A stretch of DNA of 63,727 nt, counting the filler, from Bigelowiella natans CCMP2755 (Eukaryota; Protista; Cercozoa), in NCBI GenBank assembly GCA_000320545.1. It is 5 parts of 5 records of this genome, joined end to end, with 100 filler letters (N's around TTAATTAATTAA, not from the genome) between each part and the next. Parts side by side here need not be neighbours in the genome. Positions count along the whole stretch, not along the records: positions 49,141 to 62,333 come from ADNK01002352.1; positions 62,434 to 63,727 come from ADNK01003034.1; 3 more parts are not named here. One strand, given 5' to 3'. Positions 52,736 to 63,727 of this stretch are shown here, piece after piece. Within the stretch, counting starts at the first letter, position 1. Each line of letters begins with the position of its first letter. Below the pieces are notes generated by a model that was given only the letters and a program-made list of their open reading frames with translations, did not search any database and was not told the origin of the DNA. A program made the position numbers and the translations under genes.

Positions 52736-54039
52736 GTTTCCTGATAAAAACACAGGCCATCAATCAACCTCATGAGGACCAGGTAACACTAATTTTTAGC
52801 ACTTTCTTGACATTTTGAGTGAAACAACATTTGTGTTTACGATATTGGGTGTTATACTTCCAATTGTATCAACAAAATGCGCACAAGGGGAATTCGCAGG
52901 CGGGGCTCGGGGGTCAGAGAAGGGTGGTCCGCCATACCTACCGAACTCAACTCTGAAGCCTGCAAGGAACAGCTGCTCCTAGATTATTTTCATTCATATT
53001 TATAATAGCGACACGATAATATCGAAGTCGCATGTAATAAATTGAAAGAAAATATGCTCTGATTTTCGCGGCAAGTTCCCTCCGATGTCTGGAGTCCATT
53101 CGCCGTGGGGGCAACCCCCGAGAAGAACGTTTTGGGGGAAAATATAGGATGTTTGTAGTATACGACGCAAACATGCGATACGTCACCAATGATCTCATGT
53201 AACATTTCCATTCTCTTCATGCGACAATATGAAGTGCTGGATTAGATGTAAAATTAAGATACTACCAATTAGTCCCGGCATTATCTGGGACTGTAGATAT
53301 GGAGAGGCGTCGAGAGTTCTCGGAAAAGATCTTGATTCTGATATGAAATGAATCTAATATAAAGACTACGACATAAATCGAAAGTTGTCTCAAATCACAA
53401 AACATTCGGCACTTCGGTTCATTACTTCAAATTCAGATCTTGATCGACGATGTCCCGTGAAAGACAAATATGTGTAAAGCAATTTCTAGCTTTATAAACA
53501 AGTCGCTTGAATGAAATGTACTATATTACTCAACTTTATATCTTTTCTTCTGCAGCATAATGAATGAAATTTCGGTGGTGAATGGCAGCCTGGCGGGACA
53601 CGCTTCGGTTTGATCTAAAATTTGACCGATACTTTTCATTTGCGAGCACGTTCTGCGCCCCAGTTCAGTGCGAATTCATTTTTTACATCGCCTGTAATAA
53701 GATCGAGTTTGTTTCACGGCGATTTAGTGCCAGCACCTCCGTGGCCCGCAAACATTGCAAAACTCCTTGCAACTGCCTGAAACCCAACTCGAAATTGAGA
53801 GCGTCTTCGTCTATTGCGAGAAATACGGAACTGAAAATGATGTACCCATTCTTTCTGCACTTTGTCTTCATTTTTAATTGCATCATACATGGAACATGAG
53901 GGCACTTACTGTCCTTCTGGGGCACTTATGAACCCGTGTTGGGTCGAGTATTTCTCCTGATAGCATTTCCGTATCTTAGATCCAATATTCAAAAATTGTA
54001 ACGGGCAGTAGCATCGCAAAGAAATATCACTGAATCAAC

Positions 54040-56166
54040 ATGAGCAACGGGAAGCTGCCAAAGGTCTGAGCACCGAGACCGTCCCCCAATTCTATTGTAC
54101 TGACGGTTTTCACACACAGCGCCATAACTTGGAAGAGTTTAAGGCATGCCTCAATGCGCAACTTGGGAAATACAGAGCGGACTATTGGATCATCCTTCGA
54201 AAGTAACTATTATCTAAAATGGTGTTATACTTTGCCAACCTGGGACGTTCTTCACAGGTATCTTCTCGCTGAGATCACAAGGTGGGAGATGATGGCAGCC
54301 ATGAGGCTCATTCTCCCAAGACCAGCAAGTGAGTAGCGTCTAATATATTATCCTCTGAGGAGAGGCTATTATTTAAAGCCTCCCGTTTGACAACATGTTC
54401 TTTCACAGTCCACATTCACAACAAGCTGATCATAGCGATCCTACACAATGCTTCCTGCGGGGCTCCTCCTCCAAAAAGGGTAAGTAGTCTCCATTGACTG
54501 CGAAAGCCGCCTTTTCTGACCGATGTGAGCTAATACAACTGTCATTGCGGATACTAGAAAAGAGCATCGGCTGCCAGCAGGAGGGAGCAGCAGCGCAGGT
54601 ACATAATAGGTTGATGATCGGCTGTTTGTTGTGCAAAGATCTATCTAAGATGCGGGGCTGTTGCGGCTGCTGCTTGCTACTGGGTGGTGGTGGTGTTGGT
54701 GGTGATGATAGCTCATTGAAATGGAAATGCGTCAAACATAAACGGCTATTTACTCCTTACACCATTGGTGAATTTTAGGCAAGGAGCAGCCTTGCGCCAA
54801 CAGCAAGAGGATGCTCGTCACGCCGCCAATACCCCGTACACTTTTGGCCCTGATGGCAAAATGAGTCACAAGTAATGTCGTTTTTGACGAGAAGGCGCCC
54901 ACATACATAATAACCGAATACGAGGGAAAATGTCACCATTTCCTTGTTTAAAAACCTGCTCTGTGTGCCCCATCGGTTTGTGTCACATTCCGGGAGATAC
55001 GAGCGCACAACACATTCTCTTCCCCCTTGTTTTTACTATCCGCGGAGCAGTAAATCCCACAGAATAACTGACATTCCCCTCTCAATGCGTGGTGTTCTTT
55101 CAGAGACCCCATGATTCCTCCTTACGACCCAATGCGACACGTGCCGATGGAGAACCTCTGCTCGGCGTCAAAGTACTTCCAGAGGTTTGCAGGATACCCC
55201 CATCTCGATGAGATGCTAGCCGAGGGGCCTTTCGAAGCCAAGGTGGTGGGGGGGATGATGATGATGGGTGGTAATGATAATGAATGGTTGATGGCAATGC
55301 CCCCGTCTCCACATCGTCTTTAACTCTGACTTATGCTGTCTGTTTACTTACTACTTGCGCGCTTGTAGGAGGATGTGAGCTATGCGTTTTGCGTGCAAAA
55401 GCAGCTTCCCTCCCAATGTAGTAGCGACCTCTAATAACACACAAACAACCCTCTGAAACCCCAATCGTTCAATCCGTATGCTTTCCTTCCTCTGAACGCC
55501 TCACTGCAGCCTGTTAGCATCTTGCATTTTGTCGCTAAGATCGATCTTATCGAGAGCAGTTGGCTGATTACAGACGTATACTCGTAGCATTATATGTGAA
55601 TGAAACAACTCACGCCTTATATCTCCACCCTTTTTCTTCTCTCTTCCCTTCCAACCCCCCCCCCCCCCCCCTTAAAGTCGCGCTGCGAAAGCGGCTTCTG
55701 GGGAGGCGCAGAGGAAGGGGTTGCAGGGAGTGACAGACGAGGCGGTGTCATTCGTCAATAAAGTCTTGGAACATCAACTAAGGTACCGAAGATTAGGAGG
55801 AGGAGGAGGAGGAGGAGGAGGAGGAGGAGGATGAAGAAGAGGGGATGAATAGTAGTGTCAATACAACAACGCATGAGAAGACATCTTTCCATGGTACTCC
55901 CCATCGAGGCATGAAAGGGCTCATCGTCATCTCGGCTGTCTGTGATGTTCCTTTCCAATTTCTAACCAACCTTTCTTCTTGTCTTCTTCTTCTTCTTCGT
56001 CGTCGTCGTCATCACCAACAGCTCGATCATTGCCCAGTGTTTTGAGAACGTTCAACAACGGTGAGCAAGAAGAGGCGGAGGAGGAGACGACATGAATAAC
56101 CATGATAATGATGATCTCGTGGCATGGGAGTAGGGAGGGGGGGGAGGGGAATAAGAGAGAGAGAGA

Positions 56167-56206
<40 letters not shown>

Positions 56207-59070
56207 GAAACAATAGATCAAATTAAATATAACGACATTGGCAGCAGCGCCCATAACGAATGGAAAACCATAATTTGTGCATCCGTCCTTCCTCTTCTAC
56301 TAACATCAAAACGAAGAAGCAGGCGTTGAGTCTACAAAATGATAGTAGTAGTAGTAGTAGTAGTAATAGTAGTAGAAGTAGTAGTAGTAGCAGTAGCTTT
56401 AGTAACCTCCCCACCACCATCGACGTTAAGTGTACTCTTCCTCTTTGCAGAAAATTCGTTGGAAAAGTTGTGCGAAAGGCCGCATTCCTATCCACCCCCC
56501 CCGCAGCTCTGAACCCGACGTTCACCAGCATTCTTCGCAAAGTAAAAGTAGGCCCGAACCACCACCCTGTTTATTCCAACCACCCTCTCCCCGTTTCCCC
56601 CCCCCCCCCCCCCCTTTCACAAACAAGCCCATCAATCTTGATTGCTGTCCTCAATAATGCATTGTTTTTCAGGTAATCAATCATACCGATTACGATATGC
56701 ACGCCGCTCCCACCACCACGAGCAGCAGTAGCAGCACCAGCACCAGCACCAGCACCAGCAAAGCGCTCGAAAGACGAACGCAACTTCCTCCTCCCACCTC
56801 GGCGAGCATGGAGAACCGACAGCAGCATCAGCGATATGAAAGCAATGGAAGTGGGAGCGTCGCTCTCAGCAATACCGTCGCGACTAAGAATGCTGCTGCT
56901 GCTGATGCAAAACTAAAGAACGGCATTGCTAGCATGGAGGTGGAGGGTGGGGGAAATATAGAAGGAGGGGCAGCGAGTAGTAGCACCACCACCACCACCA
57001 CCACCAGTAGTAGTAGTAGTGGTAAGAAGCGCAAGATCGATGAGTGTGATGCCAGCGGTAGTAGTGGTAGTAACAGCAATAATAGTAGTAATAGTAGTAG
57101 TAGTAGTAGTAATAGCAGCAGCAGAGCCGCTAAAGCAGAGGAGAACAGCAAAGAGGATGATCTAACTAGAAAGAAAGTATCACCATCACAAGAGGGGCGA
57201 GATTCGGGAGGGGCTAGCAAGGAGCAGCAGCAGCAGCACCCGAACAAGAAGGCTAGAATCGAGGTGTTGTTTAACGTGAGTGTGAGTGTTGGCTAACACG
57301 CCGTGTAGCTTCACCTTTCATTATCTTCTCCTAATATGTGAAATTGTCAAACCCCACTTACCCCCCCACCGAATAGAGCGCTGATTCCTCACGTGGCGGT
57401 GAAAAGAAGAAAGATGGGGAGGGGGGAGGGGAAGCTGCTACTACCGACGGTGAGGTGAAGGCGAAGGGCAAGGAGGCTCAGAATGATAAAAGCGAGAAAA
57501 CCACAGCGTCACCACAAACGGCTGCGATTGTTAAGAAAGAGCTCAATGACGAGAAGGGGGAGGGGGGGGAGAAGGAGAAGAAGGAGGAGCAAAAGACAGA
57601 TGCGGCTGATGGTGATAATGACAATACTTCCAGTATCAATAAGAACGATGAAGGGAACAAGAACACTGACAAGAAGGAGCAGGCCAGCAAGGGAGAAGAG
57701 GGAGGAGAGGAGAGAGCAGAGAAGGGGGGGGAGGGGGGGGGAGATGCCGCTGCAAAAACAGAAAAGAAGGATGGAGAGCAGGACATAGCGAAGAAAGAGC
57801 AAGAGGCCAAGGAGGAGGAGGAAAAGAGCAATAAGATTCAAGAAAAGGGAGGAGAACAAACTGAACCAAAACAACCCGACCAGAAGATGACTGAAAAGAA
57901 AAGCGAGAAGGAGGCAGCAAACGAGGGGGGGGGGGGGGGGGGGAGAAGAGCGAGAGCCGATGGCGCTTGAAATTGAAACAGCAGCGGGAAAATCTGCAAA
58001 TGGAGAGAAAGCAAAGGAGGAGGAGGCGGGTATGATGGAGAAGGAAAAAGAACAACAAGAGAAAGAAGAGGGGGGTGAGGGAGACGAGACGACATGGATG
58101 AGAAAGCTGAGAAAGTGGGCAGAATCGACCAATAAAAAGGCGTCATCATCATCGAGGAGGAGGAGGAGGAAGAGGGGGGGAAAGAAGCAGCAGCAGCAAG
58201 AGATAATCGTCAAGAAGGAAGGACAAGCACACGAGGATCAAGAGGAAAAGAGCCAGCAATGTAGTAACACTGCTACTGATAGTAACGACGGCAGCTTGAA
58301 GCAGGAGCAAACGACGAGGAAGCTTCAAAAGATACATCAAGCCATTCTCAAGAGGTATGCACGTTGTTAGAGAAGGAGGAGGAGGAGGAGGAGGAGGAGG
58401 AGGAGGAGAGTGTTAATGCTGCTCCTTTTACTTACTACTATTGCGGCTGGTGGTTATGATGATGATGGTGATGATGATAATGATGGTGAAGAGATGGGCG
58501 ATGACGATGATGATGATGATGCGGTACGACTCTGCTGTAGGCACAGAAACTTCGCATGCCGCTCCGTGGTTTCACACTTGGAAATACCTGAAGAAGCTTT
58601 AGATCCGGTGATGACGACGATGACGATGATGATGATGATGATGATAATGATGGTGGTGTGCACAACCCGCTTTTCCAGTCAAAAACCATCGAATTTTCCC
58701 ATTGCCTTTATCTCCAAGAGTGTAGTTAAGTACAAATATTAATGCCGGGAGATGTTATTTTCTCTTCGTGTCTACTAGCCAGGACCGGGGGTTATTGAAT
58801 CTTGCGACGACGACCACGATGATAATGATGACATTATAGAGTTTGTTCTCGTTCTTCCTTCTTCTAATTTCCTTTGTTTTGCAGGACTTCAAGCCCGAAC
58901 TCAATGGCCTTCTGCCTCGAAAGGCACAGGTGGAGATCTGCGACCTCGCTCAGCTGCTTGATTGTCAAGATTCCAAGCTGCTTGGGCCTATGTGTTTCCT
59001 GGTAGTAATGGTTAATTAGCAGCATATATTGGTGGCTGCGTGCGTGCGTCTGTGGAGAAGAAGAAAAAGA

Positions 59071-59110
<40 letters not shown>

Positions 59111-59398
59111 GAGAAAGGGGGGGGGGGGGGGGGAGTGGTGTGAGGTTATGTGGTAGAATTACTCGAAGAATCATGATGATGATAATAATGGTGGAGAAGG
59201 TTGAATTTCATACTTCCTACTGCCCTCTATCTTTGATGCTGCTAAGACTGGCCATCATCTTAACCCAAAATCGTATTCTTCAGCTGTTAGAAAGAGTCCG
59301 GTCGGCATTTCTTCGCTGCTAGTGGAGAAAGCCTCAAAACCATCAGATCTGTCTTCTCTGCACCGATGATTGGGAATGCAAGGATAGAACCTTTTTAG
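54040..59398 (+). CDS. SAGA complex subunit Ada1/TADA1-like protein with long low-complexity acidic/Lys-rich region
   Basis: MSNGKLPK|RHNLEEFKACLNAQLGKYRADYWIILRK|YLLAEITRWEMMAAMRLILPRPA|IHIHNKLIIAILHNA matches the SAGA-Tad1 N-terminal pattern (L...LG...YW..L..FL...S..EF...L...LHN.LI.AIL.NA). Downstream exons are less certain. Confidence 0.7.
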
Positions 59399-59513
59399 AG
59401 CAGGTTGGAGGGGGGGGGGAGAAAACGTCTCCTCAGTAATGAAAGATCCTCATATTGTAAAATCTAGCAGATATGTGTTGTAACATAGAGAGGACCCTAA
59501 GATATATATCTAG

Positions 59514-59553
<40 letters not shown>

Positions 59554-59577
59554 ATTACGTGGCAACATCGGTCGCAT

Positions 59578-59712
59578 GAGGACGCTTTCAAATGCATGAA
59601 GCACGTGGTGGCAGAAACCAACAGATGCAGCATTAGAGCTGTAGCCGCTGCATTGCACAGCTACATTAGGATGACCATTGAAAAAATTTAATTCTTCATT
59701 GCATCCGTCTCA
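59578..59712 (+). mobile_element. Dispersed element copy 4
   Basis: Encodes EDAFKCMKHVVAETNRCSIRAVAAALHSYIRMTIEKI* and ends TTCATTGCATCCGTCTCA. Confidence 0.65.
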
Positions 59713-60461
59713 CATGTATTACGTGTTAAAAAATTCTCCAGAAATTCGAAAATGTGGGATGATGATCGACGTACGTACGCATCATCGATGCTGCTTCCTA
59801 GCGCTGTATGTGATGCATATGTGTGGCGCAATTATTAACAGAATAAGCTTCATGCTGCATGATTAGCTCTCCATTGCTAGATTCGAGTATTAGCACGCAG
59901 TTCACCGCGTGTCGGATGCTGTTACGCTAATTCGCATACATAGCAGACTTTGTGCATGCTGGCAGCAATGCATGTGCAAGGCTCTGCTGCGCTACGTTTG
60001 CATGCCATTGAGCTCTGCTAATGACTCATTGTGTGCATGCAACTATACAACACGCACATGCAGACATGTGTGGCCAAAAAATGTTCATATACGACGTAGT
60101 TGTCTGAGGCCATCCTCGAGCTAGCTAGCTAGATTATGCCAATGACTCAGCGTGTGTCGCATCATTGCATGTTACGACTAGATTGTTTGAAAAACTGGAA
60201 ACACATTCTAGACATTTTTTGCTCGATACACAATAATAGACAAAGTAATAGCATATATAATATATATATGATATATAATATATATATGATATTACATGTC
60301 TATAATCACAGCTAGACAGAGCTGCATGCATGCATGCCTATGCTTTTAGTACGAACGTAATCCTACAGCATATCTTGATGCGGTGATGTGCTAATCTCTA
60401 GATGTCTAGCTGGTTTCCGATTGACAGACGATACGACCAGCTTCATATACACAATTACAAA

Positions 60462-60498
<37 letters not shown>

Positions 60499-60503
60499 CA
60501 CAC

Positions 60504-60551
<48 letters not shown>

Positions 60552-60649
60552 TTATACTATTACTACTCTCTTTAATGAATGTTACGCTGCCTGCCTTGTA
60601 TCAATATCACATCTTTCTCGCGCCACGCTGACCGTGACTCCTCGCACCG

Positions 60650-60981
60650 ATATGCATCGATAGGTTGCTCACAGAGCCTGATTTTCCGCAGTAACGAACG
60701 AGTTGAAAGTAAGAAGCAAAGAAAGCAGTGAGTGAGATGTGCGAGGCGACGATCATGATCCAAGCGACAGACATTTAATTCTGACATTTACACCGCACGC
60801 ATACCCCCGCCCCCCCCCCTCTTACGCACGAACAGGCTGGCAGAGGATCAAACATGTCTTTCCACAAATGGGCTAGCTTTCTACAACTACTTCCCCACCT
60901 CGTTCGGTGAGTAAGCTGGTGAGTTTGGGGACGTGCTTCCGATTTTATCCTGCGTGGATGCACTCAACCATATCAATGTCT

Positions 60982-61021
<40 letters not shown>

Positions 61022-61023
61022 TT

Positions 61024-61074
<51 letters not shown>

Positions 61075-61354
61075 GAGACACATAGTGTGTTGGTGGATTC
61101 TCAGGGAGCTGTTTCTAACTGAGCGTTCGTTTCATTACGCAGTGATGATCCGTGGAGTGTGCTGTGAGCTATTATGCATGCACGCTGCATGCTCTAGACG
61201 CTTCAAGATCCATACAACATGCACATGGGCTTGGGAGGGAGGGAGACTGGTAAATCGGGGGAGTCAAAAGATGCTATTTCAACCTCTTTCTTGCAGGATA
61301 CGACTAAGAAGAAAATCTGGAAATGTCAACGGCAAGAAAGTATTTTTAAATAAA

Positions 61355-61402
<48 letters not shown>

Positions 61403-61405
61403 TGA

Positions 61406-61444
<39 letters not shown>

Positions 61445-61983
61445 TTGAGTAGAGAGCGCAGATTCTTCGTTGGCCACAATAAACGTGTTTGTATGCGCAG
61501 GATGCTCAACGTCATACATTCTTCCATTGTACTGAAAATAAAGAGCTTATTCTCTTTCATTCGTGCATAGTCGGTCGGAGCACACACCTCTCCCAACAGC
61601 CAGAGTGCAATCCACACGTATTGAAGATAAAACCTGCAGTCACAATAGGGGCATTTTTATGACTAGAAGCACTAAATTTTAATATCATATGTGCGTGTGT
61701 GTGTGTGTGTGTGTATATGCGTGCGTGTGCTCGTCAGATAGAGGAACTTTGCTGCTGGTGCTACTGCTACTGCTATTGCTCTCTACTCCTCGCTACCATG
61801 TTTTATCCGAATCGGCGAGCTTAAGACCTAGAAGAACCTGGTGGTGGGTGAAAGGGATTGAATTGTGAAGAAGAAGAAGAAACAGAAAAGGAAGGAGCAG
61901 CGGTGACCGCAAAGAGTCTGTTAGAGTACAAAGGCACAACATACATTGCTTTTACACATACACGTACACATATACATATTATA

Positions 61984-62017
<34 letters not shown>

Positions 62018-62333
62018 GCGTGTCTATGTGTTAAGTGTAGATGCTGTTAAGACGTTGATGAGGGCAAGCAAGACTATGGTGACGCCGGTAAACTGAGACC
62101 AAACCAAAGAGAATGTGCGAGGGGGAGGGGGGGGGGGGGAGAGGAGGAGGGAAACCGCGGGCTCAGTCAGACGATTTTCATCATTTCATACCAGCTAGTC
62201 ATCAAGAGCAGAAAAGCGCGAAGGCCAACGAGCCGCCGCGTGTTTTTACATATGCGTGGCGTCATCAAACTAGCAAGTTGTTCCCACATTGCACCTTGTG
62301 TCCGAACTGCCAAATCTTTCGCATCGTGGTCAT
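60650..62333 (-). CDS. Fragmentary exons of an unidentified, probably membrane, protein
   Basis: AG/GT-bounded segments VLLGLKLADSDKTW (~61797-61838), FYLQYVWIALWLLGE (~61588-61634) and IFFLVVSCKKE (~61283-61317). Confidence 0.3.
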
Positions 62334-62433
62334 NNNNNNNNNNNNNNNNNNNNNNNNNNNNNNNNNNNNNNNNNNNNTTAATTAATTAANNNNNNNNNNN
62401 NNNNNNNNNNNNNNNNNNNNNNNNNNNNNNNNN
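62334..62433. other. Artificial contig linker
   Basis: Same 100-bp N/TTAATTAATTAA/N structure. Confidence 0.98.
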
Positions 62434-62648
62434 TGCGGGCATGAGTAAAGCCAATAGAGACGAGGACGAGGAGGAGGAAGGTGGTGGCGGTGGTGGCGAT
62501 CAAGGCGATGGTAGTAATGCGATGTGGGTTGAGCCGCTTACGGAGCGACTGAGTGGGATTGTAGATCCTTATGTCCTGCTCACATTCTTCCAGGCCTCAA
62601 TGCATTGGGTATGGAAAGGGTTCCCCTTCACCCCCCCCCACCCCCCCT

Positions 62649-62711
<63 letters not shown>

Positions 62712-63621
62712 CTATTCCTCGATTGTTTTCCCAGATGTAGCGGCTGTGCGCACAACGAATACACGTGACGTCCGATTCGCGCTGGTTTTTCCTCCTGACA
62801 TTGTATCACAAACACCCCTCCCCACCATTCGTCCTTCCTTCTCCTCACCCCTCTCCCTCCCCCTCCCCCTCCCCCTCCCCATCCCCGCAAGCTGATCGAG
62901 AGCAAGTCGCTAGATCTAGAGGGGTGGACGAGGCTAGTAGTCCCTCTCCGTCGCCTCCTCGTGCACAGCTGCGCGAAGAGAAAATCCAGCATTAATTCAA
63001 GCATGAACGCCCCGCACACCGCCACCAGGTGAATCTAAGTCCTCCTTCGTGCTCTCCCTCCCCCCTCACTCTCACCCTCCCTCACATGGTAATGACCAGG
63101 GCGATGACCGAGTGGGGAAAAGAAGCAGCGACGATGGCGAGGCGCGCGGCACTTCTCGCCCTGCAGGGCATTGGACACGTTGTGGAGGCCTTCCCGAGAC
63201 TGCTCGAGCAGCACATCAACACTCGCCGCGCTCAAAGGCAAGTTGGCCGTTAGTAAGGGGAATTTTTTAGAGAGGTGCTAGCATATCATAATGTGGTGGC
63301 GATTCCTCCTTCCACGAACAAATCTCTCATTTTCCTCTCCGCGTCCCCATTTTCCCACTGTTGCACTTGCTCTCCGTCTTTGCTGGCCCGGGGGTGGGAG
63401 CGTAGGAGCTCGGCGCAGTGCAGCAGCATTCCTCATCACCTGATCTGCTACATCTGCGGTCGAAAGTACGGGACTCAAAGGTGAGAGAGAGTATAGAGAG
63501 AGAGGGGGGGGGGGTGAAGACAAAGTAGCAAGTGCTGCTATCGACTTGCACGCGAATATCCTTGTAGACATTATTCATCGTCACGTATCTTATACCTTAA
63601 AATAATTCTACAATATTCTAA

Positions 63622-63657
<36 letters not shown>

Positions 63658-63727
63658 TGCACGCACGCACGCACGCACGCTCTCACGTACATTATCCAAA
63701 AAGTCAATCCCTCCTCCTCCTCCTCCA
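62434..63727 (+). CDS. Fragmentary exons of an unidentified protein (partial)
   Basis: Coding-like segments EPLTERLSGIVDPYVLLTFFQ, AMTEWGKEAATMARRAALLALQGIGHVVEAFPRLLEQH, and ...RSKVRDSK followed by a GTGAG donor at 63481. Confidence 0.35.

Noticed and set aside
57920-57965. Frame change between ORFs 57455 and 57960 suggesting programmed frameshifting
   Set aside because: It coincides with a long G homopolymer, so a sequencing indel is the simpler explanation.
13594-59712. Dispersed ~50-bp repeat as a CRISPR repeat or MITE
   Set aside because: Copies are kilobases apart with no spacers, and no inverted partner end was found in the window.
21213-62433. Repeated TTAATTAATTAA palindrome within N runs (4 sites)
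   Set aside because: Standard six-frame-stop linker added when concatenating contigs. It is not biological, and adjacency across it is unverified.
137-63584. Numerous ORFs with CVCV, YIYI, THTH, SLSL and ERER runs
   Set aside because: Dinucleotide microsatellite read-through, not proteins.

Overview
Eukaryotic nuclear DNA from an intron-rich, microsatellite-rich protist. The lineage cannot be fixed from sequence alone, and a rhizarian/algal origin is only a guess. Five contigs are joined by artificial 100-bp N44-TTAATTAATTAA-N44 linkers. I assembled exons by hand across GT-AG introns. This gives an inward-rectifier K+ channel (-), MPP-alpha (+), NAA35/MAK10 (-, partial), an M23 peptidase (+, partial), a MAPEG protein (-), a Romo1/Mgr2-like protein (+), Cbp3/UQCC1 (-), EMC6 (-), a DUS1-like dihydrouridine synthase (+), a calmodulin/myosin-light-chain-like protein (-), an RPD-motif hypothetical protein (-), a GH27 alpha-galactosidase (-, partial), an ABCB half-transporter (+, partial), an intronless eIF3L CDS (-), a SAGA Ada1/TADA1-like protein (+) and unidentified fragments. 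The most unusual signals are non-coding. (i) Three intergenic islands are almost free of TpA, and repeat copies show TA->CA/TG changes, suggesting a regional TpA-directed mutation or base-modification process opposite in direction to RIP. (ii) CTAG/palindrome-rich tracts lie between convergent gene 3' ends. (iii) A 3'-coterminal, 5'-truncated dispersed element occurs in four copies, all in convergent spacers, one inserted inside a (TA)n tract. Exon boundaries and motif counts were made by eye and are approximate.
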